A stretch of DNA of 64,000 nt from assembly GCF_009914755.1 (NCBI RefSeq), contig NC_060934.1. One strand, 5' to 3'. The position numbers and the translations under genes are program-made. The stretch is from the human T2T-CHM13v2.0 reference genome, Homo sapiens. The notes beneath the pieces were generated by a model. It worked only from the letters and a program-made list of their open reading frames with translations. It made no database searches and was not told the DNA's origin. Shown here piece by piece: positions 13,970 to 26,670 of this stretch (positions within the stretch are counted from its first letter, which is position 1; every line of letters begins with the position of its first letter).

Positions 13970-14333
13970 GGTAAGCAGTTTGGGCTGGACGCAGATGGAC
14001 GCCCTTCTGATGATCTCAGCGAGACACTACCCACTCATGGTCAGCTAGGAATCAAGTGGAGGCTGACTGGTCTCACCCACCTGTCTGGTAGTTGATGGCT
14101 ACGGGCAACACGAATGGCTGAGCCATGTGCTCTCATGAACCCAGCTTCCCAGGGCAGCAAGAGAGCCAGCCCCAATGTGTGAACACTTTTTAAAGCCTTT
14201 GGTGGCTTGTTTGCTAATGTCCCAGGAGCCACGTAAGACATAAGGCCAGTGCAGAGCCAGTGTGGGAGGGGACTATCCAAGGGGCAGATAGAGGAAGTTA
14301 AACAAATTATGGCCGTTTTTGTAATCTGCAACA
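13970..14333 (-). mobile_element. MLT1 LTR fragment
   Basis: ggcttgtttgctaatgtccc...ggccgtttttgtaatctgcaaca terminus. Confidence 0.55.
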
Positions 14334-15377
14334 AGAACTCCGTTCAAGGAACACACTAAATGCATGGCAGAGCTTCCTCTTTGATCTTCTGAGCTGACAG
14401 GCATGTGGTGAGCACAGCCTCATGTGTCCCTAATGTGTTCCAGACACACTTAGCACTTCCCACACAGCCATGTAAACTGCCCGGTCCTCACCGAACTTTC
14501 TACTCCGACTGATCTTGAGAGGCACGTGTCTCAGGATTTAAATAAAAATGAACAAATAAATGTATTTATAAAGCCTTTGGAAAAACAGTGTAAATGACTT
14601 AGAAACAAAATTTATTTTCAGAGGAAGAAATCTTGTTTATGTGATTCTAGATTAATTCTCAGAAAGCATTTTTATAATGGAAGCAGGGAATTCTATAGGT
14701 CTCTGGCCTCATGTCCACAGCAGCGCATCAGTTTCTCAAGGTATTGCTGGGCTTGGTTTCCAAAGAAGTGCCAAGGAGTCACTGAGGGTGCCCAGGTCTT
14801 AGTAAGTGAGCTTTGACTCTGACTCTGTAGCTGTGTTTAAACAAATTCAGCCATTTTGTATCATATATCTGGAAAAGGGCAAAATCATTTTTCAAGTTGG
14901 AGAGGATGGAGAAGAGGGGAAATGTGTTTGGTGTTATTGCAATTAGTCACGCTTTGGAACATCCTGGGGAAAGTCGACTCTCAAGTTATTATTGACATAG
15001 TGAAGTGGAGGAGGTTAAAAAGAAGTCTGCAGGCCCCATTAATTAACCTCTCCATTATTTTTATTTCCCTGTGCATTTTTCTGATGGACAGAAGATCAAG
15101 GGGTCAAACCCTGTTAGAGCTGCAGGCATCCCGGCATTCACAAAGCCCAAGCCTCTTGCTTTCCAGAGACAAGAGGAGTTGTTGTCAGTCTTCACAATCA
15201 CAGCAGGCTTTCAGGTGGGCACAGATCTTGGGCCCACAGCGTTTGTGAGGCAGGTCCCCTTCTCCACCTCATACTGTTTCTCCAAATGCTGCTCATACAT
15301 TGCTAATCCTCCTCCAGGAAGCCTTCCTGGATGTATTTCTACTTCCTCTGTAACCCTCAGCCTTTCTTGGTGCCTCC

Positions 15378-15762
15378 TTATAGTGGATTCTGGGGCACTC
15401 TGCCCAGATCCCCTCTTTAGGACCAAAGCATACATTCCCCCAGCTGTAGCCCTCACTGGCAATTGCATTTAGCCACAGGGAATAGCCCAGCCCAAGGTCA
15501 TGGCTCTTGCAGAGGCAGCCTACGGCTGGTGACTGGCTGAAGCAGGGAAACCAAGCCCAGCCTACTTCCCTCCATTTGGGGACAATGCTGAAGGGTCACC
15601 CTGGCTTCAGAGCTCCCACCGGAGCAGCTGGGCCTCTGTTGTATCTGTTGTAGATCCACTTCTCCTTCTGCCCAATCCTTACTGCCTTATGGATCCATCT
15701 CTCAAGAAACCTACATGCAGTTCTCTACCTCAGAGTCTGTTCCAGGGAACTCATCCTGGGAC
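15378..15762 (+). mobile_element. ERVL solo LTR, LTR16C-like
   Basis: gcccagatcccctc...cccaaggtca...gaagggtcaccctggcttcagagctccc...tctgcccaatcct...ctcagagtctgttccagggaac. Confidence 0.75.
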
Positions 15763-17149
15763 ACTCCTTCATGGCATCCCATGTCTCATTTTATGTTTGC
15801 TAACTGGGTTCTCTGACACTGAGCTCACCCTGATATATATATTTAAAAACCAGAATGGCTAAAAAGGAGGGAAACCGCAATTGTAAAGTTGCCCACAATT
15901 TCCTCCTTCACTTTAGGTGGAGGTCAACTTTGTCTCTGGGGAAAGACTGCACGCCTGTCTATTAGAGGGTAGAAAGGACACTTCAGTGTCCTTGTGATCT
16001 TGCAGAGAAGACCCCAAGCCCACACTGGCATGGAGAGGATGAGGCCACAGTGCAATCGATCAAGCACTGTGGATTGACGCTCAAAGGCTGTCTGCACCAG
16101 GCAAGGAGGTTCCTTCTCAACCGAGATCACCATGATGCTGATGGGAAACCAGTCATGAGGGAAATGTGGGCTTCTTTCCTCCTCTGAGCTGAATCCACTG
16201 AGGGTTGGAAGAATATGATGAAAGCTGTCCCCTCGCTCCTGTGGGAACCTGGCCAGCCCTGTTGGGAGTAGTGTCTGGGCTGGACACCTAAGGAGAGCCA
16301 AAAGGGGATCCCATGAAGGCCACAACCAATGCACTCTAGATGTTTGTTCAAGAGGTGATTTAAAAATTGTCCTCAACTGCACTGTAAACCCTGATGCTAC
16401 CCCCAGATCCCCATGGCCATCAGCATGGTTTGGTCTTTGCTAAACTTTGTGGAATTAAGTTTAAGTGCCCGTGTTCACACTTGGGATGTATAAGGAGAGC
16501 TCTGGCAGCCTAGATCATGACTGTGGCATGAGGGAGTGGACACACATAGCTGAAGTGCTAAGATTCAGTTCAGCTGGGCTCACCAAGCCAGTGCATTTCT
16601 TGGAGACTTTTGGAAACTCTTGGAGTGGGAGTGGGATTGAGGGTTCTGACAAAAACAGACGTCCTTAGTTGCAGGACAGCCTGGGACTTGTTGGCTGGGT
16701 ACTGAAAGGAAGCTGCATCCTGGAAACCTTGGGTCTGTTGGACTCTGGTTAGTTGGGCTATTTCCTTGATTGAATGTGTAAGCGCCCTGCAAGCAGGAAC
16801 CGTGCTTCATTCCTTTCTTGGGTTGTCCACAGTGCCTAGTACAGTGTTTGCACATTGTGGGGCCTGATGCAATCTTCAATTTTGGGCCCCAAACCTGTTA
16901 ACAGAGAGCACAATGATGCCTCAGAGAGAATGTGGCCTGGCAGGGTCCCAGAGCAAGTGAGTGGCTGGATCCCCAGCCCCCAAGGAGCATGCAGTCTCCA
17001 GCTACCTCTTACTGCTCAGGAACAATGGGTGCCCTGAGTAGAGATAGAGTCAGCTTCAACCTCCTGGGGGGAAGGATTTGGTGTGTTCCCTTCAACCAAG
17101 GATGCCCTGCTGAGCACCTAAGAGCTGGCAATTCCCAGCCCATGATCTC

Positions 17150-17769
17150 TGTAGTGGGCAGAGTTCTAAGATGGCCCTCAGTCTTGTGTAATTCCCTCTC
17201 ATGTGTATATGATAGTACTCCTCTGATTATGCTACATGATATGGCAAAGGGATTTTGCAGCTGTGATTAAGGTTACTAATCAGTTGACCCTAAGATGGGG
17301 ATATTATCTGGATGGGTCTAACACAACCAGAAAATTTTCTCTGGCTGGTGGTAGAAAGGGACATCAGCAAGAGTTAAGCAAAAAAAAAAAAAAAAAAAAC
17401 AGAAAACAAAACAAAACACTGTTGTTGACTTTGAAGATGCAGGGAGCCACATGTAAAAGCTGGATAGCATCCTGTAGGAGTTGAGAACAAACTTCATCCA
17501 ACTGTCAGTAATGTTAGGGGGACCTCAGTCCTACAACCACAAGGAATTGAATTCTGCAACAACCTGGATAAGCTCAGAAGCTGGTTCTCCCCCCAGGGCC
17601 TCCAGCTAAGAGTCCAGCAGCTGGTACTTTGATTTCTCTTGTGATATCCTAAGCAGAGCCCAGGTGAGCCCATGATTTCTGACCTATAGAATTGTGAGAT
17701 AACAAATGAGTGTTGTTTTAAACCACTGCAATTGTGAAAATTTGTTGCCTAGCAATAGAAGGCTGACAT
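17150..17769 (+). mobile_element. MaLR solo LTR, MLT1E-like
   Basis: tgtagtgggcagagttctaagatggcc...ggcaaagggattttgcag...gacctcagtcctacaaccacaaggaattgaattctg. Confidence 0.85.
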
Positions 17770-19279
17770 CGTCTTTGAAAGCTCTTCATAGAATGGAGCA
17801 TGGACAAAGTTTGAATTCCTTTTATACTTCTCCTTAGTTGCACAACCCCTGAGTCTCAGTTTTCTCATCTACCGAGTGACAGATATAACACCCACATCTC
17901 AGAGTTGTCCCAGTGAATGCAGTCTGAGGACTTGGAGTTCAAGAACTTCCTTCCTCTCAACGTGGCTGCTCTTGGGAGAGTCATTTACCTGCTCTGCACC
18001 TTAGTTGTCTCCTCTGTGAAATGGGTCACATTAATCATTATCTTATTATTGTTCTAAAGATTGTATCAAATGAGATCATGGATGCATAAGGCATGGCACC
18101 AATGTTTGTAATTTACACCACCAGTCTGAGCACAAACCACAGACATCATACACCCAAGAACAGGCCACAAACGTCCACTTTCTGCAAACCTACCATCAAG
18201 CACCACCATTTTTGTATAGTTCAGAGCCCTCTAATTAAGAAATATATTTAATGTTTAAGGAAAACTGCCTAGATGCCATGATAACCCTTTGAATAGTGTT
18301 GTCCCTTATGCAATATTTTATTTGGTCAAAAAATAAGACATCATGGAAGATCAGAGGAGGTTCTGAGCTTTGAGCTCACTCTCAGGAGTGAGCATGACTG
18401 GCTTGGTTGTTTTGACAGGAAAGAACCTTCTCCAAACAACTCCAAGCACCAAAAAAGTTTTTGCTGTAAGAAGTTTTCAAATCATAAACTATGTTGTCAT
18501 TCATCCTTTCATGCAGATCCCCTCCTGCATTGTCCCACAAGGAAAGCTCCTGATTAAGATGTAGGGGCTGTAAATCAGGAGAAGGCGCCTGCATGTTCTG
18601 CATGAGGGAGCCATATGGCTGGCTGCATCGACTGCTGGGGATGTGACCGTTGCCCATTCATTGCGCCATATCTGAGCACCAGCATCCTCTACGGTGATTC
18701 ATGGGTGCCCTGATCACAGGCCCCATGTTATCTAATAGATTTCTGAAGTTTTCCACCAAGCATTTTATTTTAAATGACAGTTATTTCTATTAATGGGTGG
18801 GCCCTGTCAGTTTCCTGACCCCGGTTGGGAAGGATGTCTTTCTGTTCAAATGGCAGTCATCATTTCTGTGAAGCCATGCATGTAAAGAAGGCAGCCGGAG
18901 CAAGGCACCTCGCACAGGGCTGTCACTCAAGTTGACATCTCCATGTTGGAGCATTTTTGCAAAGTTTTCTCCATGTGACCTGCAAGTTAAAGATCAGGGG
19001 GCTCCCTTCATCCAAGCCATCCATGTGCCAATCATCCTTACCTAAAAATGAAAGTTACAAATAAGCCAGCGCTGCTATTTATACCCTCCTGCCTGGCCCA
19101 TCTTCCTCCTGTCAATCTTGGTCTTTCATTATGGATACATACGCAGCACCTCTTCTCCATCAAGATCACAGATTAGCTGCTCCCGCTTCTCCACTGTTTG
19201 TTTTCCCCTTACCTTTTGTGACGTTTTATAAAATAACCATGTTCTCCTGGTCTTCAGGGTTTTTCTGTCAATAGAAGAT

Positions 19280-19560
19280 AATTTTTTCCCTTCTCCTCTG
19301 TCCTTCCTTTCTTTCTTCCCTCCCTTCTTTCTTCCTTCGTTCCCTCTCTTTTCTTCCTCCTTTCATTATTTCCTACCTTCCATCTTCCTTTGTCCATTTT
19401 ACCTCTCTTGCTCTTCCTTCCTTCCCTCCGTCCCTCCCTCCCTTCCTTCCTCCCTTCCTTCCTTCCCTCTTCTGTGTCTTCCTCATCCTCTTTCCCTTCC
19501 ACTTCTTCTCGGTCCTCTTCCTTTTTCTTTGTCCCTCCTTTATTCCTCCCTTTTCCTGAT
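19280..19560. repeat. CT-rich/(CCTT)n polypyrimidine tract
   Basis: About 280 bp of near-pure pyrimidines. Confidence 0.9.
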
Positions 19561-19889
19561 ATTTTCAAGCAGGAAGTTAGGAGATGGCCTGCCCTTGCCC
19601 AGCCCTTTCCTGTAGTCCTGCTTGCTGCCAGCCCCACGCAGAAGGCCCTGTCTCCCCACACATCCCCTCCCAGGCCTCTCGCCCAGCTGCCAGTCTGAAC
19701 CCTGAGCCCAACTGACACCGTTCCACTCGCCGTTGACTGAGCCACCCACTTCTGAGGGATTCATTTCCCTGATAGAACTTTCTTTTCCTCTCCCCTCAGG
19801 TCGCCTTCCCCTCTCCACCTGGGGGCCTTTGCTTCAGCACCGCAGGGGATCTTTCGTAGCTCATCCAATAAAAGCCACCCTGCATAAAT

Positions 19890-20090
19890 ACCTTGTTTAT
19901 TCACTCAACCAGTATTCACTGAGCACCTTCTACATGCCAGGCTCTGCAGAGGTGCTGCGGAGAGTCAGGCAGTCACAGATCCTACTCACAAGAAGCGTGA
20001 TGTTTCCTAGGGAAAACAGACAGTAAGCAAATACCTACCCAAACTTATTTAATCACAACTGTGATGCGTGTCACAGAGGAAGAGTCTGTC
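19890..20090 (-). mobile_element. L2 3' end
   Basis: ttattcactcaaccagtattcactgagcaccttctacatgccaggc. Confidence 0.7.
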
Positions 20091-22895
20091 ATCAGTCATA
20101 CAGGTCCTTGTGTGCCCCACTCCCCACACGGTCCCCCAGGGTGCTGATGGTCATTAGAGGTGCCTGTCCTTGAATAACGTACTCTGTGGGGTACATGGCG
20201 GGGGAAGGTTTAAGACTTCCCCACCCTGGAGGTGAGTCTGCTGGCCTGGTGATTTATGGGACCCCTCCGCTGTGCCCAGACATCTTCCGAATGCTGATGT
20301 GGATACCAGGAAACAGAACGGGAAAAGGTCCACTGTGCCCATGTGGTCCTTCCCGGGGAGCTCAGGCCTGTTTACCGGCCACGTCTGAAGTGTTTTGTAC
20401 TGTCTCAAGTGTGTTCTCAAGTGTTTTGTTCTGAAGTGAAGCCTGACTGCATTTTCTCAGCCTCCTCTTCCACACGGGGACCGCTGCTTGGCAGCACATG
20501 CTCGCCAGCCATTTGCACTCACAGGGGGCAAAGCTTAACTATAGATTTTGATACACGAACGTGAGTACTGAGCTGTGAGAGCCCAGAGGTGCCTGTACAA
20601 CTACAGAAAGGAGAAAAAAAAAAACACGAGAGTTTTAAAAAGGCACAAGAGCAGCGGGGAGAGGAAAGAAATTCATTTATTAACTTCATCAGCCTCACTT
20701 TTCTCATGTGCAAAATGGGGCTGCTGATTGTACAAGAGATGCTTCTAACGCATTGCACATATCATGTGCCAAACTAAATGTCAGTCTTCTTTCCCTGATA
20801 TTTGCAGTTAGAAGTCCCAATGGAGAATGTGGCTGTAACTGTGGAAACTGTACAGAAGGCCTCAGCATTCGTCGGGGTGGGCTCTGGAGGCCCCCACCGC
20901 TAGGGAAATCTGTAAAAAGATCCTCAACATTCAAATAGGGTGGGGAGAAGGTCGGGGGCGCATGTGTACATTCCTTTTTCTACTTTATCCTCTACTCGGT
21001 GGCTGTCACAGTGAAAGGAGGTGCGTGGGGGTAAACTGAGGAAGCTGGGCTGAACCGGAGAGGCTGGCCGCTCTGCAGGGAGGCGGGTTTACACTTTGCA
21101 AGCCAGCCTTGATGTCTTCCACACAGATAATGGCAAACCAAGATGCACAACAACCGTCTGGACTTTTCTGTGAGGGGTTTCTCCTCGTAACTTCAGAAAT
21201 GTACTATCTGTGCAAAACTGAGCAGAGGCAGACATTACTAACCTAACTGACGAGACGTCATTAGGAAATCACAATACTTTACCTGGAAGACTGGCTCAAA
21301 AACTGAAGAGTTAAAAAAAAAAAAGAAAAAGAAAAAGGAAAGCTACGATTAACTTTTAAACTCAAACAGCAACCAAAAGACAGACAATTAAATGGGGAAG
21401 CCATGCACAAATGTCACACACAGGGGAGGAGATCAAAGAAAACAGCAATCTCTGATAAAGATCAAGAGAAACGACTGGGGTTTTTATAGTATCTGCCGAC
21501 AAATGGCTCAAGTGGAAAAAACACACAGTAGCTTGATTTCTCAATATGCTGCAGAATGGCCTGTGATGATACAGAGATCAAAGGCTAGCCTCGGAAACAA
21601 AATGCCACAAGAAATGGCACACTCTTTGTTTTTGTTATTATTTTGGGGGGCAATTTGTATTTCAGACCCATGACTCAAGGAGTGGGAAATTTATGAGCCA
21701 GTGTGGAGAGAGGTCAGTCAGCTGGCTGAACGGCAAGAAATAAGAATTATGCACTTAGAAATTCATTCCATTCCTTCTCGGCTTACCCCTGTGGAATAAA
21801 GAAGGTGATAAAAGACCTTTGTAAATTACTTAGTATCTCCATTAAACCTTCACAGGTCTGAGGCAACACTATGTTTTTGGAGCGTGATACTATGTAACTG
21901 TGTGTGCACATGCCAGCTGCTCCGTCATTGTCATTCCTGGCATTTTATCCTCTTCTAATGTATCCCTATCCCCTGGATTTTCTCCCTCCAAGTTTCCCTT
22001 CAACATCATCTTTTTCATCATCTAAGTCTGGTCTTCTTTGAATTGCCCATAGTGACATATCTGTGTCCACAGCACTGAAAACCATCCATCACCCTCTGTC
22101 CAAATGTGTAGACGTTTGGCAGCAGGTAAATAAAAGACCCAGAGGTGCAATTTCCTTGGTTTTCATCAGGAACTCTGGCATAATGTAGAGATATCTTGAA
22201 TGAAAGCTAGCCTATATTCTTTTGATTTTCCACATGTGGTTATCGTTATATTATTATTTATTGTGACCTTCGTATAATTTACCAATCATCTAGGTAGCCA
22301 TCAACAGGCATAATAATATGGTTAGTATTTGTACAAACAATTATCCTTCAAATATAAGTTGGTAGATGGATTACAAATGAATCCAAGAATATTTTGGCAA
22401 ATATCCCTGGGAAGCTGTGTTGGGACTAAAGCCATGTAAAGCACAGGATTCTGGCTGGGGGATTGATGATGTGTTTGAAAAGCTTAATAAAACATTAAGA
22501 TGGCTGATACTGTGGATTCCAGGAAGGCAGGTAGAGAAGTTTGCTCACATACCAGGTGACACAGAGAATATAAATGAAATCTATCAGAAATATATTTAGT
22601 AAATTTGCATCTCAACAATGGAAAATTACAACACAGAATAATGCCCTGATTTTTGTAGCATGTTAGAGGAACCTGAGAAAAATAAATGTGCCGTCTACTG
22701 TCGCGGACAATGTTCCCAACAGATGTGGTCTGTCTGGCAGGCAGCACAGAGCTGTCCTCTCCCTCTGCGATGCCAGAAGTGACCCCCGTGTAAATGTGCA
22801 TTTCAGTCCAAGCTCATACAGTCTCAATCCTGAGTCTTTGGATGTTTCAGAAATCTAGATCGTTGCTGAATCTTTCTCAATGTGGCTTTAGTTAA

Positions 22896-23208
<313 letters not shown>

Positions 23209-23282
23209 TCTTAATTACTTTTTATTATAGAAATTTTCAAGCATAAATTTTACTGAGTTTTGCTGAATTCTAAATTTATTTA

Positions 23283-25696
23283 TAGGCACACCTTATTTTA
23301 TTGCACTATGCTTTATCGCCCTTTGGAGATATTGCATATTTTTACCAATCAAAGGTCTTATGGCAATCCTGTGTTAAGTGAATCTATCAGTGCCATTTTC
23401 CAACAGCATGTGCTCACTTTGTCACATTTTGGTAATTCTTGAAACTTTTTCATTATGATTATACCTGTTATAGCGATCTATGATTAGTGATCTTTGCTGT
23501 TATTGTAATTTTTAGGGGGCACTGTGAACCACACCTATATAAGAGAGTAAACTTAATAGAAAAATGTTGTGTGTGTTCTGACTACTCCACCAACCAGCTG
23601 TTCCCTTGTCTCTCTCCCTCTTCTTTGGCCTCCCTATTGTCTGAGACGCAACAGTATTGAAATTAGGCCAATTAATAACCATACAGTAGCGTCTATGTTC
23701 AAATGAAAGGAAGAGCCAAATGTCTCTCACTTCAAATCAAAAGCTAGAAATGATTAAGCTTGGTCAGGAAATGCATGGCAAAAGCAAAGACAGGCTGAAA
23801 GCTAGCCCTCTTACACCAAACAGGTAGCCAAGTTGTGAATGCAAAGTGAAAGCTCTTGAGGGAAGTAAAGTGCTACTCCAGTGACCACATGAATGATACG
23901 AAAGCAAAACAGCTTTATTGCTGAGATGGAGATGTTAGTAGTCTGGGTAGAAGATCAAACCAGCCACAACATTCCCTTAATCCAAAGTCTAATACAGAGC
24001 AAGGCCCTAACTCTCTTCCATTCTGTGAAGGCTGAGAGAGGTGAGAAAGCTGCAAAAGAAAAGTTTCAAGCTAGCAGATGTTGGTTCATGAGGTCTAAGG
24101 AAAGTTGTCTTAATAACATAAAAGTGTAAGATGAAGCAGCAAGTGCTGATGAGGAAGTTGCAGTAAGTTATCCGGAAGATCTAGCTAAGACCATTGATGA
24201 AGGTGGCGATGCTAAACAATAGATTTTCAATGTAGATGAATTAGCTGTCTAGTGGAAGAAGATACCAGCTAAGATTCCCTTAGCCGTCTAGAGGAATGAA
24301 GATACCATCTAAGATTCCCATAGCTAGATAGAAGAAGTCAATGTCTGGCTTCAAACCTTCAAAGAACAGGTTGCCTTTCTTCTTAGGGGCTAATGTAGCT
24401 GGTGACTTTAAGTTGAAGCCAGTGCTCATTCACCACTCTGAAAATCCCAGGGCTCTTAAGAATTATGGGAAATTTACTGGGCCTGGGCTCTATAAATGGA
24501 ACAACAAAGTCTGGATGACAGCACATCTGTTTACAGCATGGTTTACTGAATAGTTTAAGCCCACTGTCAAGACCTACTTCTCAGAAAAAAATATTCCTTT
24601 CAAAATCTTACTGCTCACTGACAATGATTCTGGCAAGCTCTGATGGAGATGCACAAGGAGATGAATGTTGTTTTCATTCCTGCTAACACAACATCCATTC
24701 TGCAGCCCATGGGTCAAGGAGTAATTTCAACTGTCAAGTCTTATGATTTGAGAAATACATTTCATAAGGCTATAGCTGCCATAGGTAGTGATTCTTCTGA
24801 TGGATCTGAGCAAAGTAAATTGAAAACCTTCTAGAAAGGATTTACTATTATAGATGCCATTAAAAAATTTTGCAATTCATTGGAGGGAATAAAAATATCA
24901 TCATTAACAGGAGTTTGGAAGAAGTTGATTCCAATTCTCATGGATGACTTGGAGGGGTTCAAGACTTCAGTGTTGGAGATAACTGCAGATGTAGAGGAAA
25001 TAGCAATCAAACTAGAATTAGAAGTGGAGCCTAAATATGTGACTGAATTGCTGCAATTTCATGATAAACCTTGAATGGCTGAGGAGTTGTTTCTTATGCG
25101 TGAACAAAGAAAGTGGTTTCTTGAAATGGGATCTACTCCTGGTAAAGATGCTGTGAACATTGTTGAAATGACAACTAAGGACTTAGAACATCCCACAAAC
25201 TTAGTTGATAATGCAGTGGCAGGGCTTGAGGGATTAACTTCAATGCTGAAAAAGATTCTAATATGGGTAAAATGCTACCAAACAGCATCACATGCTACAG
25301 AGAAAACGTTTGTGAAAATAAGAGTCAGTGGGGTGGCAAGCTTCATTGTTGTCCTATTTTAAGAAATTGCCACAGCCACCCCAACCTTCAACAAGCACTA
25401 CCCTAATCAGTCAGGAGCCATCCACACTGAGGCAAGACTCTCCACCTGCAAAAAGATTGTGACTCATTGAAAGCTCAGATGATTGTTAGCAGTTTTTAGT
25501 ATTTTAAATTAATGTATGTACCTTTTTAGAGAAAATACTATTGCACATTTAACAGGCTCCAGTATAGTGTAAATATAACTTTTATATGCACTTGGAAACC
25601 AAGAAATTTGTGTGACTCACTTTATTGCTTTATTGTGATATTTGTTTTATTGCAGGCATCGAAAACCGAATCCACAATATCTCTGAGGTATGCCTA
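23283..25696 (+). mobile_element. Tigger1 DNA transposon, full length (about 2.4 kb)
   Basis: Termini taggcacacctt...gaggtatgccta, TA on both sides; transposase fragments in ORF track. Confidence 0.95.
23686..25074 (+). pseudogene. Decayed Tigger1 (pogo/CENP-B-like DDE) transposase
   Basis: ORF pieces [59 protein letters not shown]; many stops and frameshifts. Confidence 0.9.
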
Positions 25697-25832
25697 TACC
25701 AAATTTATTTTAAATAAATTTTAGAGAATTCTATGCTATAAAAATAGAGAGAGCAGAATAATGAACTTCACTGTACCCATCACTCAGTATCAACATTTCG
25801 TATTATACCAGTTATAGAGCTGATTTCTTCTT

Positions 25833-26670
25833 TTTGTGTGTGTGTTTAAAAAGAAATGTGACATAAAATTTGCCATCTTCACCATTTTTAAGTGTTACAC
25901 TTCGGTAATGTTAAGCATATTCACATATTGTAAAAGAGATCTTCAGAAGTTTTTCATCTTGCAAATCTGAAACTCTATACCCATTAAACAGTAATTCCTT
26001 ATTCCCTCCCCCGCCTGCCCCTAGCAAACACCATTTGACTTCCTGTTATGAATTTGACTCCTTTAGATACCTCGTGCAAGTAGAATCTTACATATTTGTC
26101 TTTCTGTGACTGGCTTGTTTCACTTAGCATAGTGTCTTCAAGGTCTATCCACGTTGTAGCATGAGGCAGGAGTTCTTCCTTTTCAAGGCTGAATAATATT
26201 CCATCGTATGGGTAGGCCACCTTTTGTTAATTTATTCATCCCTGGGTGGATAGGTCACTTCCACCTCTTGGCTATTGTGAATAGCCTAGAATATGGGTGT
26301 CCAGATATCTCTTTGAGACCCTGATTTCAATTCTTTTGCATACATACCCAGAGGTGGGATGGCTGGATTATATGGGAGTGCTTATTTTAATTCTTTGAGG
26401 AATATCCGTACTGTTTTCCATAGGGTTTGCACCATTTTACACTGTTGCATCCTACCAACAGTGCAAAGGGGTTCTAATTCTCATTCTTTTCTGGGTTTTT
26501 TGATAGTAGCCATCCAACAGGTGTGAGGTTTGGATTTTCATTTATCTGCTGATTAGGGATTGAGCATCTTTTCCTATGCTTCTTGGCCATTTGGCATATC
26601 TTTGAAGAAATATCTATTTAAGTCCTTTGCTCGCTTTTTAATTGTTATTTGATTTTTTGTTATTAAGTTG
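25833..26670 (-). mobile_element. L1MB (L1MB2/3-like) 3' end with 12-bp TSD
   Basis: tctgtgactggcttgtttcacttagcatagtgtc..aggctgaataatattccat; tgatttcttctt at 25821-25832 and 26671-26682. Confidence 0.88.

Noticed and set aside
19833-19853. REST/RE1 site (ttcagcacc)
   Set aside because: Only the left half-site matches; GGACAG is absent.
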